Part shown: positions 36,403 to 48,400 of the stretch, piece after piece
How the letters are laid out: every line of letters starts with the position of its first letter
How positions within the stretch are numbered: position 1 is the stretch's first letter
From: Schmidtea nova
Taxonomy: Eukaryota
Length of the DNA stretch: 58,128 nucleotides
Reading direction: 5' to 3'
Assembly: GCA_044892505.1 (NCBI GenBank)
Contig: CM097884.1
Span: 125,989,873 to 126,048,000, forward strand
The notes under the pieces: model-generated
Database searches by the model: none
What the model saw: only the letters and a program-made list of their open reading frames with translations
What the model was told of the DNA's origin: nothing
Program-made: the position numbers and the translations under genes

Positions 36403-39400
36403 CTATACCATCATTATCGTCTTTTCTTCGTATCGTTCTTCCTCTTCTATTTGTTTCCAGAATTCTTTACCTTTCGTTCTTCTTTGAAATTCTTTCTGTA
36501 TCTCCTCTGGTATTTCTATTCCTAGTTTCATGATTTTAATATCTGGCCATTGTATGGCTGTCGCTTTGTTTCTCTTTCTGTATCTCCAATATACTATTAT
36601 GCTTGTCGTCAGTATTCCATATGCTATTAATATTCCTATACTCATTAATCCTATTATTGTTTTTCCACTGTTTGTTTCTCTTTTATTCTGGTTCGCTTTT
36701 ATCTCATTTTGGGTTTGAGCCTCTGGCTTCTTCTCTTTCGGTATTTGACTCTTGACTTTGTTCATTACTTCTTGGGTAGACCAATGGTGGTTTAGTAGTT
36801 GTTTGACGTCATTTTTCGTCGTCTGGTTTTCTACGCCTCCTGGTTCGGTCTGTTGTGATAGTTTCTCTGAGATCTGATATAATCCGCATTCTGGTTTTTC
36901 TGAACCTTTTCTGGTGAAGGTACATATCGCGTATGTCCTATTTACTTCCATTTTCTTTAATTCGACTTTTTCTTTATTCTTTATTTCTTTACAGTGGGTT
37001 AGGTTGTCTTCTTCTACTTCTGGTTTATGTTTTGTCCAACATATTACTTTAACTGTCTGATCGAGTCCTGTTAATGTCAGAGTTCTTTCTGTTTTAGTTA
37101 GTTCTTCTTCATCGAATTTCAGAGTTTCTCCTTTTTGGAATGTCTTGCAATTTTCTATTCCGGGTTGATCTTCTTGGGTTCCTTTCTCCCATATACATAT
37201 ACTTCCTTCTTCATTCATTTGTATTTCTTGTATTTCGATTTCCTTGTTTGTTCGTGATTCGTCGCTTGTCTGAACTTGGTATTCTCTTGGTTCGTTGTAC
37301 CATACCCAGCATATTTTGTTACTTTGGTTTTTTCTCCTTATTGTCATAGCCATTTGTTCTATTCTTATTCCTTTATCGATACGTTTGGACATTGCTATTA
37401 TTAATGCTATGCATACGAAATCTTGTTGGGGTGATACTTCTTCTCTCGTGTTATTTGTGCTTCTCTCCCCTTCTCCTGGTTTGTCCGTTGTGTTTTTCAT
37501 CTGAGTTGCTGGTTGATCTATTGTGTTTTTGATTTCTTTCTTTGTTGGTTTTACTCTATACCATTCAAGTCTAGGCGTTTCATATTTTTGGCATACGACT
37601 GTCTTAGGTAGCCCCGACTTCTTTTCCTTTTCTATTATGCATATCCGATGCATGGTCCCTCCATCCATTTCTTCTATTCGTATTATATCCTGGTCGGATT
37701 TTCGGATTATGCATTTTAGTGGGTTATTTTCTCCAATTGGTTCATCTTCTCTATACCAACATATTTTCTCGACTTCCTGGACATTTATTATTTTTATCCC
37801 TGTCTGTGGGTTTATTGCTTCTTCCCCATTGATTAATGTCAATATTATTGTTAGACCCAACCATTTTGAACTCTGCGGTAGGCTTCTGGTTCGCCTTTCA
37901 TATTTTTTCTCTTCTCCTTTAATCTCTTTTATTTCCTTGTCTTTGTTGTTCATTCCTAGTTTTGCGATTTTTGCTTCTTTCTTATTCCTGGTCGGTTTTG
38001 GTTCTTCTCGTGCGTTTTCTTCCAGTATTTCAACTCCATGGCTTGTATTGTATATATTTGGCCATTGGGTTGCCGATTTCCTTGGGTTTATCTTGCGTAT
38101 CCATATAGCTGATAACGCGATTATTACGGGTATGGTCGCTGTTAATATTCCTAAGCCAATTAATTCTTTGATTTGTTTATTCTCGTCTGTTTGTATAGAT
38201 TTGCTTTGGTTGAACATTATTCCGTATTGTCCTTTTAGTTTTCTCATTAATTGTTCTCGTTCCTCTTGCTTTCTTTTGACTTCTTTGATAACTTCTTCGG
38301 GTGTCCATTTTGCTTGAGGGTCGATTATTATTTTTTCTGCGTCCATTTGTTCATTCGTTTGGCTTAGTTCCCTGAATTCGAGTTTCCTTGTTATTCCTTT
38401 TGATGTCGCGTTTACTGGTGTATAGTAGGTTTCGCATCTTTCTTGTTGGTTTCTTAGTGCGTCCATTATTTCTATTGCGCATACTTCGTACTCGCTATTA
38501 AATTGTAGTTTTTCGATCTTGATTTCTTTATTTGTTTTTCTGCATTCTCTTGATTGTCTTCTTATATGTTTCTGTACTATTATCCAACATATTTCTAATG
38601 TTTTATTCTCTATTTTCCATAATGTTAGAGTTGCTGATGTTTTTCTCTCGGGTTTCGTCGTAACTTCTTGGTTTGTTGGTTGTTTATTGTTTTTAAAGGT
38701 AGTGGTGTACTTCGGTTTTCCTTTGTTTCGTTGTTTCCTTTTATTTTTCCGTGTTAACGTTTTGGTTCTTGTTCCGGATGACGTTGTATATATTCCGCAT
38801 TCTAGGTCGTTTATCGTTATCTGATCATTTTTCTTTACCAAACATATTTCGTAGGTTTGTTTACTTTCTAAACCTTTTATTTGAATCGTCGTTGTTCCTG
38901 TGTTTGTTCGACATTGTGGTGTCGTTCTTTTATTTACTTCTTTTTCGTACTTCCTCCAGCATACTCCTTTCACATTTGGTTCTATCTCTTTTATTTCTAA
39001 TGTTATGTTTACTTTCCGCTTGATTTGTTTATTTCTCTTCCTCGTTCTCCTTCTGAACTTTATTACCTCTCCAGGTTGAAATGTTTTACATTTTGTGGTA
39101 CCTTTCTTGTTCGTTTCTTTTTCTAGTAGGCATAGTTTGTACGTCTTATCTGCTTTTACTTCGGATATTTTAATTACTTTATTCGTTGTTGGTTTTCGAC
39201 TTTTCCTTATTTCGTTTACGCCGATTTCCTCGTTATTTCTCGCCCAACATTTTATGTTAGTATTCTGTGTATCTTCTACTTCTGTTATTGTCATAGTTTC
39301 AATTTCTATCCCTTCCTCTAATCGTTTTATCATTATTAGTATGAGTGCTAAACATAATACTTCCATTTGGTAGGACACTCTTTCGGTTTCGTTTGTGGCA

Positions 39401-42400
39401 ACTCTTGCTTCAGGCCTCTCTATTGTAATTCGTAGGGTTGGTGTTGTTTGCTTATCTGTTGCCTGGGGTTTTTTGTTTTCTGTTCCCTGTGTCTCTGTCC
39501 TTCCACATTTTCCGATGATGTAATCTCCTTTGGGTGACTGTTGTATTGTCATGGCTGCTTTAGGTGTTTGGTATTTTGCACATGCGATTGTGTTGTGTGA
39601 TCTTGGATGCTTTTGTTTTCTAACGGTGCATATTTTGTACCAGGTATTTAGATCCAGGTCGTTGATCTCTATGATTTCTTGCTCGTGTTTTGAGATTCTG
39701 CAATCCATCGGGCTATTTTGTTCCGTGATTTTGTCCTTTTTTGACCAACATACTCGTTCGATTCCTTTTGCGTTTTTTATTTGTATTATTGCCCTTTCTT
39801 CACATGTCATTCCTTGACTTGGATTAATTAACGTTATAATCATTGTTAGTAATAGTAATTCTGGTTTGAAGAATGGTTTTATGGTTGATTTATAACCTGT
39901 TCTTTGGGTGTCATTTTTATCTCCTTGGTCGTTTGTTCCTTGTTCTCTCTCTTCATCTCTTTGTTTTTCTTCTTCACCTTTCTTTTCTTCCTTGTCTCGT
40001 TTCTTGTCTTTTCTCTCGTTTTCCTCTTTATCGGGTGGTTCGTGATCGCTTGAATTTTCTGAGTTGTTACCGTCGTCACTATCTGTGTTGTCATCTCCCC
40101 CTGGCTCGTCGAAAATGTCGTCCTCGACATTGATTTCTTCTATCAATTTTGCGTATGCTAATGTCGTTAGATTACTTGCCTCAAATTCTTGTGTTTCTAT
40201 CTGCTCCGGTATTATTTTGTTAGTGGATTTATATTCTAAGATTTCCCTTTTGGCCTTGATCCAATTGTTGATGTATGTCTTCATTAATTCTTTCCATTTG
40301 CCTGTGTATTTTCCCTCTCTCGGGTTGTTTGTGACTCTTAGATCCTTTCTTTCCATAAACATCTTCAATATCTCTGGCCATTTATATGTTATTAGGGCAC
40401 TTCTTATACACCAGTTTTGGTTATGTTCTGTAAACTCATTAATCTTGAATGCTGGTTCGTTGGTATTCGGATTTATCCACGTAAGTATTGATTCTGTTAG
40501 TTCGACGTTGTTCATCATTGCTAGTACACTGGGTTTCCTGACCGTATCAGTTAGGTAATCTATTTCTTCCTGATTTGAGATTGTTTTAATGAAGTTGACC
40601 ATTTCCCAATTATGTGTTAGTAATGCTACATCCAAAATTGAATTATCTTTATCTGTCTTTCCTGTAAGTCCTGCACCTGCTTTGTATAGTTCTTTTAATA
40701 CCTTTGTTTTCGTTTTGGCCCTTGCTGCAAATACCATAAGTGTATCTCCTTTCTCGTCTACCATATTCATATTGCTTCCGCAATTTAGCATTACTCTTGC
40801 AATTTCCATTACTTTTCTATCTTTGCCATTTCGTAGAGCTCTGTGTATGGGCATTATTCCGTCCTTTGGTAGTAAAAATGTTACTGGCATCTCCTTTTTT
40901 ATAGTTGTTATGTCGTTACCATTGTATGTTCCTTTTGCGTATGCGTGTACTTTTTCAACTAATGCACCGAGTATTTCCAGTGCATGTTTACTATTCTCAA
41001 ATTCCGGTAACAATTCTTTTGCTTTTTCTTGTATCGCATCTAGTCTAGCTTGGTATGGTGCTTCTGCTTTGAAGAGTGGTGTGAGTTTCTTGTTGCTTTC
41101 TCTTTCTTTTTTCTCTAAAACCTGTTTGCATTTTTCGGGATGGTTTAAAATTTTTACTAATTCCTCATATTCGCTTACTATTGTCTGGTATTTCTCGTTA
41201 AAATTGTTTATGTCTTTGTATGTTATTAGTTTGTCAAGTGGTTTCGCACACCATTTCCTAATCTTGTTGAATAAGGCTTCCTTCTCTTTATCGAATTTGT
41301 ATTCTTCTTCATTCTTTGTGATGTTTATGTTTCCTCTATCTAATAAGGTTAGTAATGTCTTCTGATCACAAGTAAATTTCAAAAGGTATCTTAACAGTGC
41401 GTTTTGTCCTTCGCTGTATACTTCGTTTATGTCTAAGACCCATGTATCATCTTCTGGTCGTTTCCATTTGATTAACTTACGGATCGTGTTGCATTTACCA
41501 ATTTTGATGGCCTCTTTGATAATGTCTCCTTTAACTAGTTCGTCTATCTCCCAAGTGGAGTTAGCTATTATGTATTTCAGCATTGGTTGGTGAGAACTCC
41601 ATATTACGTGATTTAGCACTGTTTTATCTTCTCTATCTCGTTCTGTCCAACTGAAACGGGCTTTTATCAGCAGATCTACCATTTCTTTATCCGCTTGGTA
41701 GATTGCTGCTGTCATTAATGGAGTTTCTTGTTCACGATTCCCCACGTCCAAGTTTTGGTTTGTTTCCTTTGCGATTTTTAGGAATTCTTTTGCTCTTTCA
41801 ATGTTTTTACACTGAATCGCATTATGTAAGGCTGGTTGTCCTCCTACATCTTTTAATAAGAGTATTTCAGGGATTTTTATCAATAATTCAGAAATAATTG
41901 GTTCGGTTGGTAATCCTTGTGCGTAACGGCTAATTATGTGTCTAATGTCCCTTGATATGCCTGCTTCGTCTCTAACATGCCATCTTCCCATTATCTCTCT
42001 CGCCTTCAATAGGATTTCTTTATTTCTGATTTCTTTTTGCCTTATTTCTGTTTTGTCGTCTTCGCTGGTGTTTGCTCTGAGCATGTTTATCCTGGCTGTT
42101 TGTGATCTGGTTATTATTCGATTCTCTGGTGTTGTAGTTATCGTTTTAGGCACCTTCTTACATCTGCAGGTGTTTACATATATGGGTCGTATTAACGGTC
42201 GATTTATTAGCTTAACTTTGACATTGTTGTCCTTTTTGTATATAATTTCATAAGGTCCTCTTCCAGGTCTTTGGAGTTTCTTAACAGTTCCTGGTATTAT
42301 TTCGGGAGTTTCTATTATCACCCAATCTCCTGGTTTTAGGTCGTTCGCTTTAACATTTTTCTTCTGGTCGTGTAAATCCTTATAACTTTCCTGATAAAAT

Positions 42401-45400
42401 TTAATGTTGAGTTCTGCCGTTTTCCATATTTCCTGCATCCTTTCTTTGAATTTGGTTACGTAGTCGTCGTCTTCCATATATTGCGATAATGGTGGCTGGT
42501 ACTCCAAATCTATGGGCATGTTGCATTCTCTGCCATACATAAGTTGAAACGGGCTTAGTTTTGTTGCGGCATGTATCGACATTCGGTATGCCATTAAACA
42601 TAATTTTATGTATTCATCCCAGTCAGTTTGGTGTCTGCTGACGTAATTTGATAACATTCTAATCAATGTGCCGTTGAATCGCTCCGTTTGTCCATTCGTT
42701 TGCGGGTGATATGGTGAAGTTCTCAATTTCGCTATTCTGAAATAGTTCGTCACCTCGTTTAATAACTCACTCATAAAATTAGTTCCTTGGTCTGTGAGTA
42801 TTTGTTTTGGAGTTCCATATCTGCAGCATATTTCTTCCACTAGAATTTTTGCTACGGTTTTTGCTTTTTGATCTTGCATGGCAAATGCTTCCGGGAATTT
42901 CGTCAGGTAATCCGTTATTACCAGTATGTAAATGTTTCCGTTTAAGCTTTCTGGTAATGGTCCTATTACGTCCATTGCTATAGTTGTCATTGGCTCTGCT
43001 GGTATCGGCATTGGTTGTAGCGGGTTCTTCCATTTCTTCCCACTATCCTTTCTAGTTGCGCAAGTTAGACAATTTTTAATCCATTCTTTTATATCTTCTT
43101 CCATTGTTCGCCAATAATATTTTTGTCTCATCCGATTTATTGTCTTTTTCTCTGACATATGACCTCCTAATTTCCCATCATGGTACTGGATCATTATCTC
43201 TTTCCTTCTGTTTTCCGGTAAACACATCAATCTCTTTTCTCCGTTTTGTATTAACAACCATCCTTTATTTATTATGTAGCGATGTTGATATTTTCCTATA
43301 TGTTCCTTTAGTTCCTTATTATCCTTGAATACCTCCATGTTTCGAGATGTTAGGAACTCTATGATCTGTCCCAATTCTTTGTCTTCCTGTTGATCTTTCT
43401 TTAACTCACTAAAGTCCAAATCTTCCGCTATTAACACACAAATTCGTTGTACATCAGGATCGGTTAATTCCGGAAATGTCAGTCTTGACATACAATCTGC
43501 ATTCGCATTCGCTTTTCCTGATTTAAATTTTATGTCCGGTGAGTACTCCTGTAACTGCATTGCCCATCGCATTAATCTACTGGATGTTTCCTTATGTTGT
43601 CCTAACCACACAAGCGGTTGGTGATCTGTGGTTATACAGATGATGTGTCCCCATAATAAATATTTAAAGTGTTTAATTGCTAGTATAATTGCTAACGCTT
43701 CTCGCTCGGTTACTGAGTAATTTTTCTCATGCTTTTTGAATGTCCGGCTATAATATCCGATTACACGTTCTTTTCCTTCATCGTCGTATTGTCCTAATAC
43801 TGCTCCTGCTGCATATCCGCTTGCATCCGTTGCAAGTAGGAATGGCTTCTTGAAGTCTGGGTGTACCAATATGGGTGCGGTTATCAGTTTATCTCTCAAT
43901 GTTTCAAAGGCTGTTTGCTGTTCATCTCCCCATATGAATGATACATCTTTCTTTACCAGCTCCTGTATAGGTTTTGCAATTCCGGCGTAATCTTTTATAA
44001 ACTTTCTATAATATCCACATAATCCAAGAAATTCTTGTATCTGGGTTATTGTTTTTGGTACTGGACATTCCTTTACTTTGTCGATATTTCTAGGATCCGG
44101 TTCTTTTCCTTTTGCTGACACTATATGTCCTAAAAATGTTACTTTCTCTTTCGCCCAATCACACTTGGATGGCTTGAGTTTTAACTTCCATTGTCTAAGT
44201 CTAACGAATACATCTCGAATATCCTGTATGTGTTGTTCAAACGTGCTAGAGTAGATTAATAAGTCGTCGATGTAGACCATACACTGCTTTATTCCATGGG
44301 TGACAAAATTCATGCATCTCTGAAATGATGCTGGTGCGTTTGTTAATCCAAAGGGCATCTTTCGAAATTGATATAGGTCTCTACCGATGGTAAAGGCAGT
44401 TTTCTCTTTATCTTCTTCCTTCATTTTTATTTGCCAGTATCCGCTTTTCAGATCTAGTGATGTAAAATATGCTGCTCCCTGTAATGTTAGTAGCATTTCG
44501 TTGATGTCTGGTAATGGGTAAGTATCTCGTTTTGTCACTGTATTCAATCTTCGATAATCTATGCAGAATCTCTGTGTTCCGTCTTTCTTCTTTACCATTA
44601 CTACTGGAAATTGCCAGGGTGAACAACTTGGTTCGATTACTTCTGCATCCAACATTTTCTTCACTTCTGCTTCTGCTACTGCTTTCTGTGCTTCCGCTAA
44701 TTTGTACGGCCTTAATGCAATTGGTGTTTCATCTGTTAATGGTATTGTATGTAGTGTGACATCACATGTTCCTAGATCCAAATCGGATGCTGCAAATATA
44801 TCCTTATACTCTATCAGGAGTTTTTCTAGCTGCTTCCTTTGATCCTCATTTAATAATTCACTGTCGATATTCCAGGTTGGTTCTTTATCTTTCTCTGCCC
44901 CTGCTATTGGTAGTTCGATATCCATCATTGGGGTTAATTTACCTAATCTTTCGTTTTCGTAGATTATTTTATCCTCTTCGTCGAAATTTACCACGTTTAT
45001 TGGGATTTCTCCATTATCATTTATGTTGACTAATCCTCTTGCCATTGGCAACGCTTTTCTTTTCTCGAATCTCTTACTTGGTTCGAAAATCATATCGCCT
45101 TGGATTGTCGGATCTATTTTTACGTAACATATTTTTTCCTTTCTTGCCGGTATTATCATTTGCTTTGAACTTGTCACTTTGGCTTCTATTGCGCATATTT
45201 GTCCTGTGCGATCCTTTAGTCTCATTGTTCCGAGGTCGATTACAATCTCTTTAAATAGTGCTGGCATCAAATCTGTTCCGATAATGCAAGGTACGCTTAA
45301 TGCTGGTATGACAGCTACGTACGTATCGATTTCCGTATTTAAGTGGCGTATTTTTACCCACCATCTTCCTGCTACTTCCACAACTTCTTTGCTACATGCA

Positions 45401-48400
45401 ATTACATGGACGTTTGTCCTTTCTATATCTCGTCTTTGCTCTTGTGGTATCCATTTGATGTCGATGGCGGAAATGTTTGCTCCAGTGTCGATCATTGCTT
45501 CGATTTCTCTTCCGTTAATTTCTATTGTCGTGGTTAGTACTGGGCCTGTGTTTGATGACATTACTGCGATCGTATGTGCGTCTCCTTGTGGATCTACACT
45601 TCTACATCTTCTCATTTTATAATCTTCTGGTATCATGGGGTATACATTTGTCATTGGCAACATTTGCATCGTGCTATTTTTTCCTCCTTGTAGTGGTTCT
45701 TGATACATTGTTGGCGGAGGTGCGTAACATTTCCATGCGTCGGCTGGATTCTTTTCGATGTATCGTGGTGCTTGGTTCTTGTACACTTGTCCTCCCTTAT
45801 AGTCGTCGTCGTCATCATCGTCGTCACTCGAATCATTTTGGGTTTTATATCCTTTCACCCTCTCCCATAAACCTTTTCTTTCTCTCTTGAGCTGTTGTCT
45901 TGCTTGTTCGTCATTCATTATCTTTTTAAATTTTCGTCCTACTTCTTCATCTGTTCCCTTCATTTTTGCTAGTATCTTTAGGAGTCTTTTTATTCGATGG
46001 ATATCTTTTGAGTGTCCATGCAACACCATTGTTTTCGCAAGGAATGGTAAAAACCCTACTATCATTTTCCAATTCACTTTCTTTTCTCTCTTGTATATAT
46101 CGAAACACGCTAACATTTGCGTTATTATTACTCTGACGATTTGGATTATTAATATGACCCCCAGTATTCCCGCCATCATTTGTCCAAATATCAGGAATCT
46201 TCCCCACATTGCTTTCATCATATTTTCTGTGGCTTTCTTGAAATGTGCTGGTGACAACAACAGTTCATAATTCGGTCCTTCTCGATAATCCGTTCCTCCC
46301 GTTATTGTTACGATATTTGATAGTAATGCTTCTCTTCTCGCTGGAAATAATATATTCTGCCTTGCTGCTTCTAAATCCTTTGGACTATATATTCCGTTAT
46401 TTGAGACATCCACGTCGCTGAATTGCCTATCCTTTGACAACTGCATTAGCTCGAATTCTCTTGGTGCTATCACTTCGGATCTTCCTGGGAACATAACCCA
46501 TTTACCATCTGGTTTCTGATAAAGTGGTCCATACGCATTACTACAGTTGAATGGATTTGGTTCAAACCCTGGTGGATTGATGATTCTCGTCACTGGTTGA
46601 ACGTATCGTACTTTTCCTTTGTAGTCGATTTCTAACTCGTTTGTACAGGTTCCAGGTTTCAACTGTGTTGTTGCTGCTAACGATGCGTGTGTCTTTTCAC
46701 AAATGTATACATACATTGCTTCTCCAACCACTCTTCCGAAATGTCCTTCTCTCAGTGGTAATAATGGCATCGCACTATCTGGATTCGTAATTGCTACGGC
46801 CAACTTTGTCTTTAATATTTCTCGATTCAGTATACAATCATTGTTTATCAGATCGTAGTACACTTTTTGTAATGAGGCTTGTCCTCTATGGAATAGGAAA
46901 TCCATTTTATTATTCACATATAGGTGTAGTTTGATATCCATTGTGTCGATTTTGGGTTTCGCATTTGGCACTTCTTGTTTTGACACATATATTCCTGGAT
47001 AATTCGTTTCGTATACCGTTGTACTACACTTAAGGGTTGCTTTCCCTTTTATGAACCTCATTCCTACATCCTGATTTGTGGTTATCAACACTGTTGGTGT
47101 GGCTCTCATCTCTATCCGTCTTTCTCTATGATCTGGTTTCAGTTGTCTTTTATTCTCTAAAGCTTCCTTGAGATGCTTTGCTCTAGCTTTGTCGTCATCG
47201 TCTTCTTCCTGGAACGTTTTTCCTTGGATTTCGTCGAACTTTGCTCCTTGTAGCAGTTGTAATTGACATTCGTTCACCTTTGGTTTGTACACTAATGTTG
47301 ACATTCCCGTTTGACACATGCTCCTGTCGATTTTACACATGGATAACGTTTTCATTTCTCCCGTTGTGGGTTCGAAGAATGCTTCGTAGCTTTTTAGTTC
47401 GACTATATACGTATCCATCACCACTAAGTTGGTTGCGAGTGTTCTTAACATCGGGTACGTTTCTCCTTGACAATATCCTTCTCCTCCCGTAATCCGTCCT
47501 GCTACATAGTACGTCTGTTGCATCATCATTCCTGGCTTTCCTTTTATCTTGATTTTATCTCTTGTTGTTACTTCTCCATGTTTAAACAATGCTTCGCAGT
47601 CCTCTCCTTGTAACACGATTGGTTCTCTTTCCGTTCCTGGCATGACAATTGCTGAATAATGTCCTCTCCCGCAGTAGAATGCGAATCTCGTCTTCTGCAC
47701 CTTACATTCATTTACCATTGTCTTTATGAGTTCTGCTTCTTGATACACGTGGTACCATTGTTCCTTTTTAATCTTTTGCAACTCTACTGGAGTTGCATCT
47801 TTGCATTGCTCCGTGCCTCTCAATGAATACTTTTCTCCTAACTTCATTTGGTCGCAATCAAACACTTCGAACGCTGTTGCGCTATCGGTGCTAATCATCC
47901 ATATCAACATCATCATTATTATAGAACTCAAATTCATTGATGACTTCGCGTTTCTTGTTCCTGCTTGTTCTTTTCCTAACTCTTCCAATATTTTTTCGAA
48001 TTTCTTTTTCATATTCTTGGCTTGTGTTTTCTTCTGGTTAGTTTTTATAAATGTTTCCCATCCTCCTTTGTTAATGACGTAGGGTTCTATTTCTCTAGCT
48101 ATAATCTTTGCGGTAATTTTTATATGTCTCTCTAATGCAGTGGGTTTTGGTCGACCTCTACTCAGTGTCAACAGATTGTAGATCGTGTATGCAATAGCTA
48201 TTACGTATTTGTTATCTGTTTCCGCTCCTTCTGTCAATTTCTTTATTAACATAGTGGTTCCTTGCCAGTCTAAATGATTTGACTTCGTCTTTTCTTTTAT
48301 GAATTCCGGTAAGATGGGTGCAATTGCGCTGTGCAATGACTTCGCCTTTTCGCTTATCTCAGTTATACGCCAGTATTTTTTCAATTCCGGATCAATTATT

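Noticed and set aside
44930-45180. dUTPase-like beta-rich segment between protease and RT
   Set aside because: No dUTPase catalytic motifs are visible; similar linkers are common in gypsy pol.
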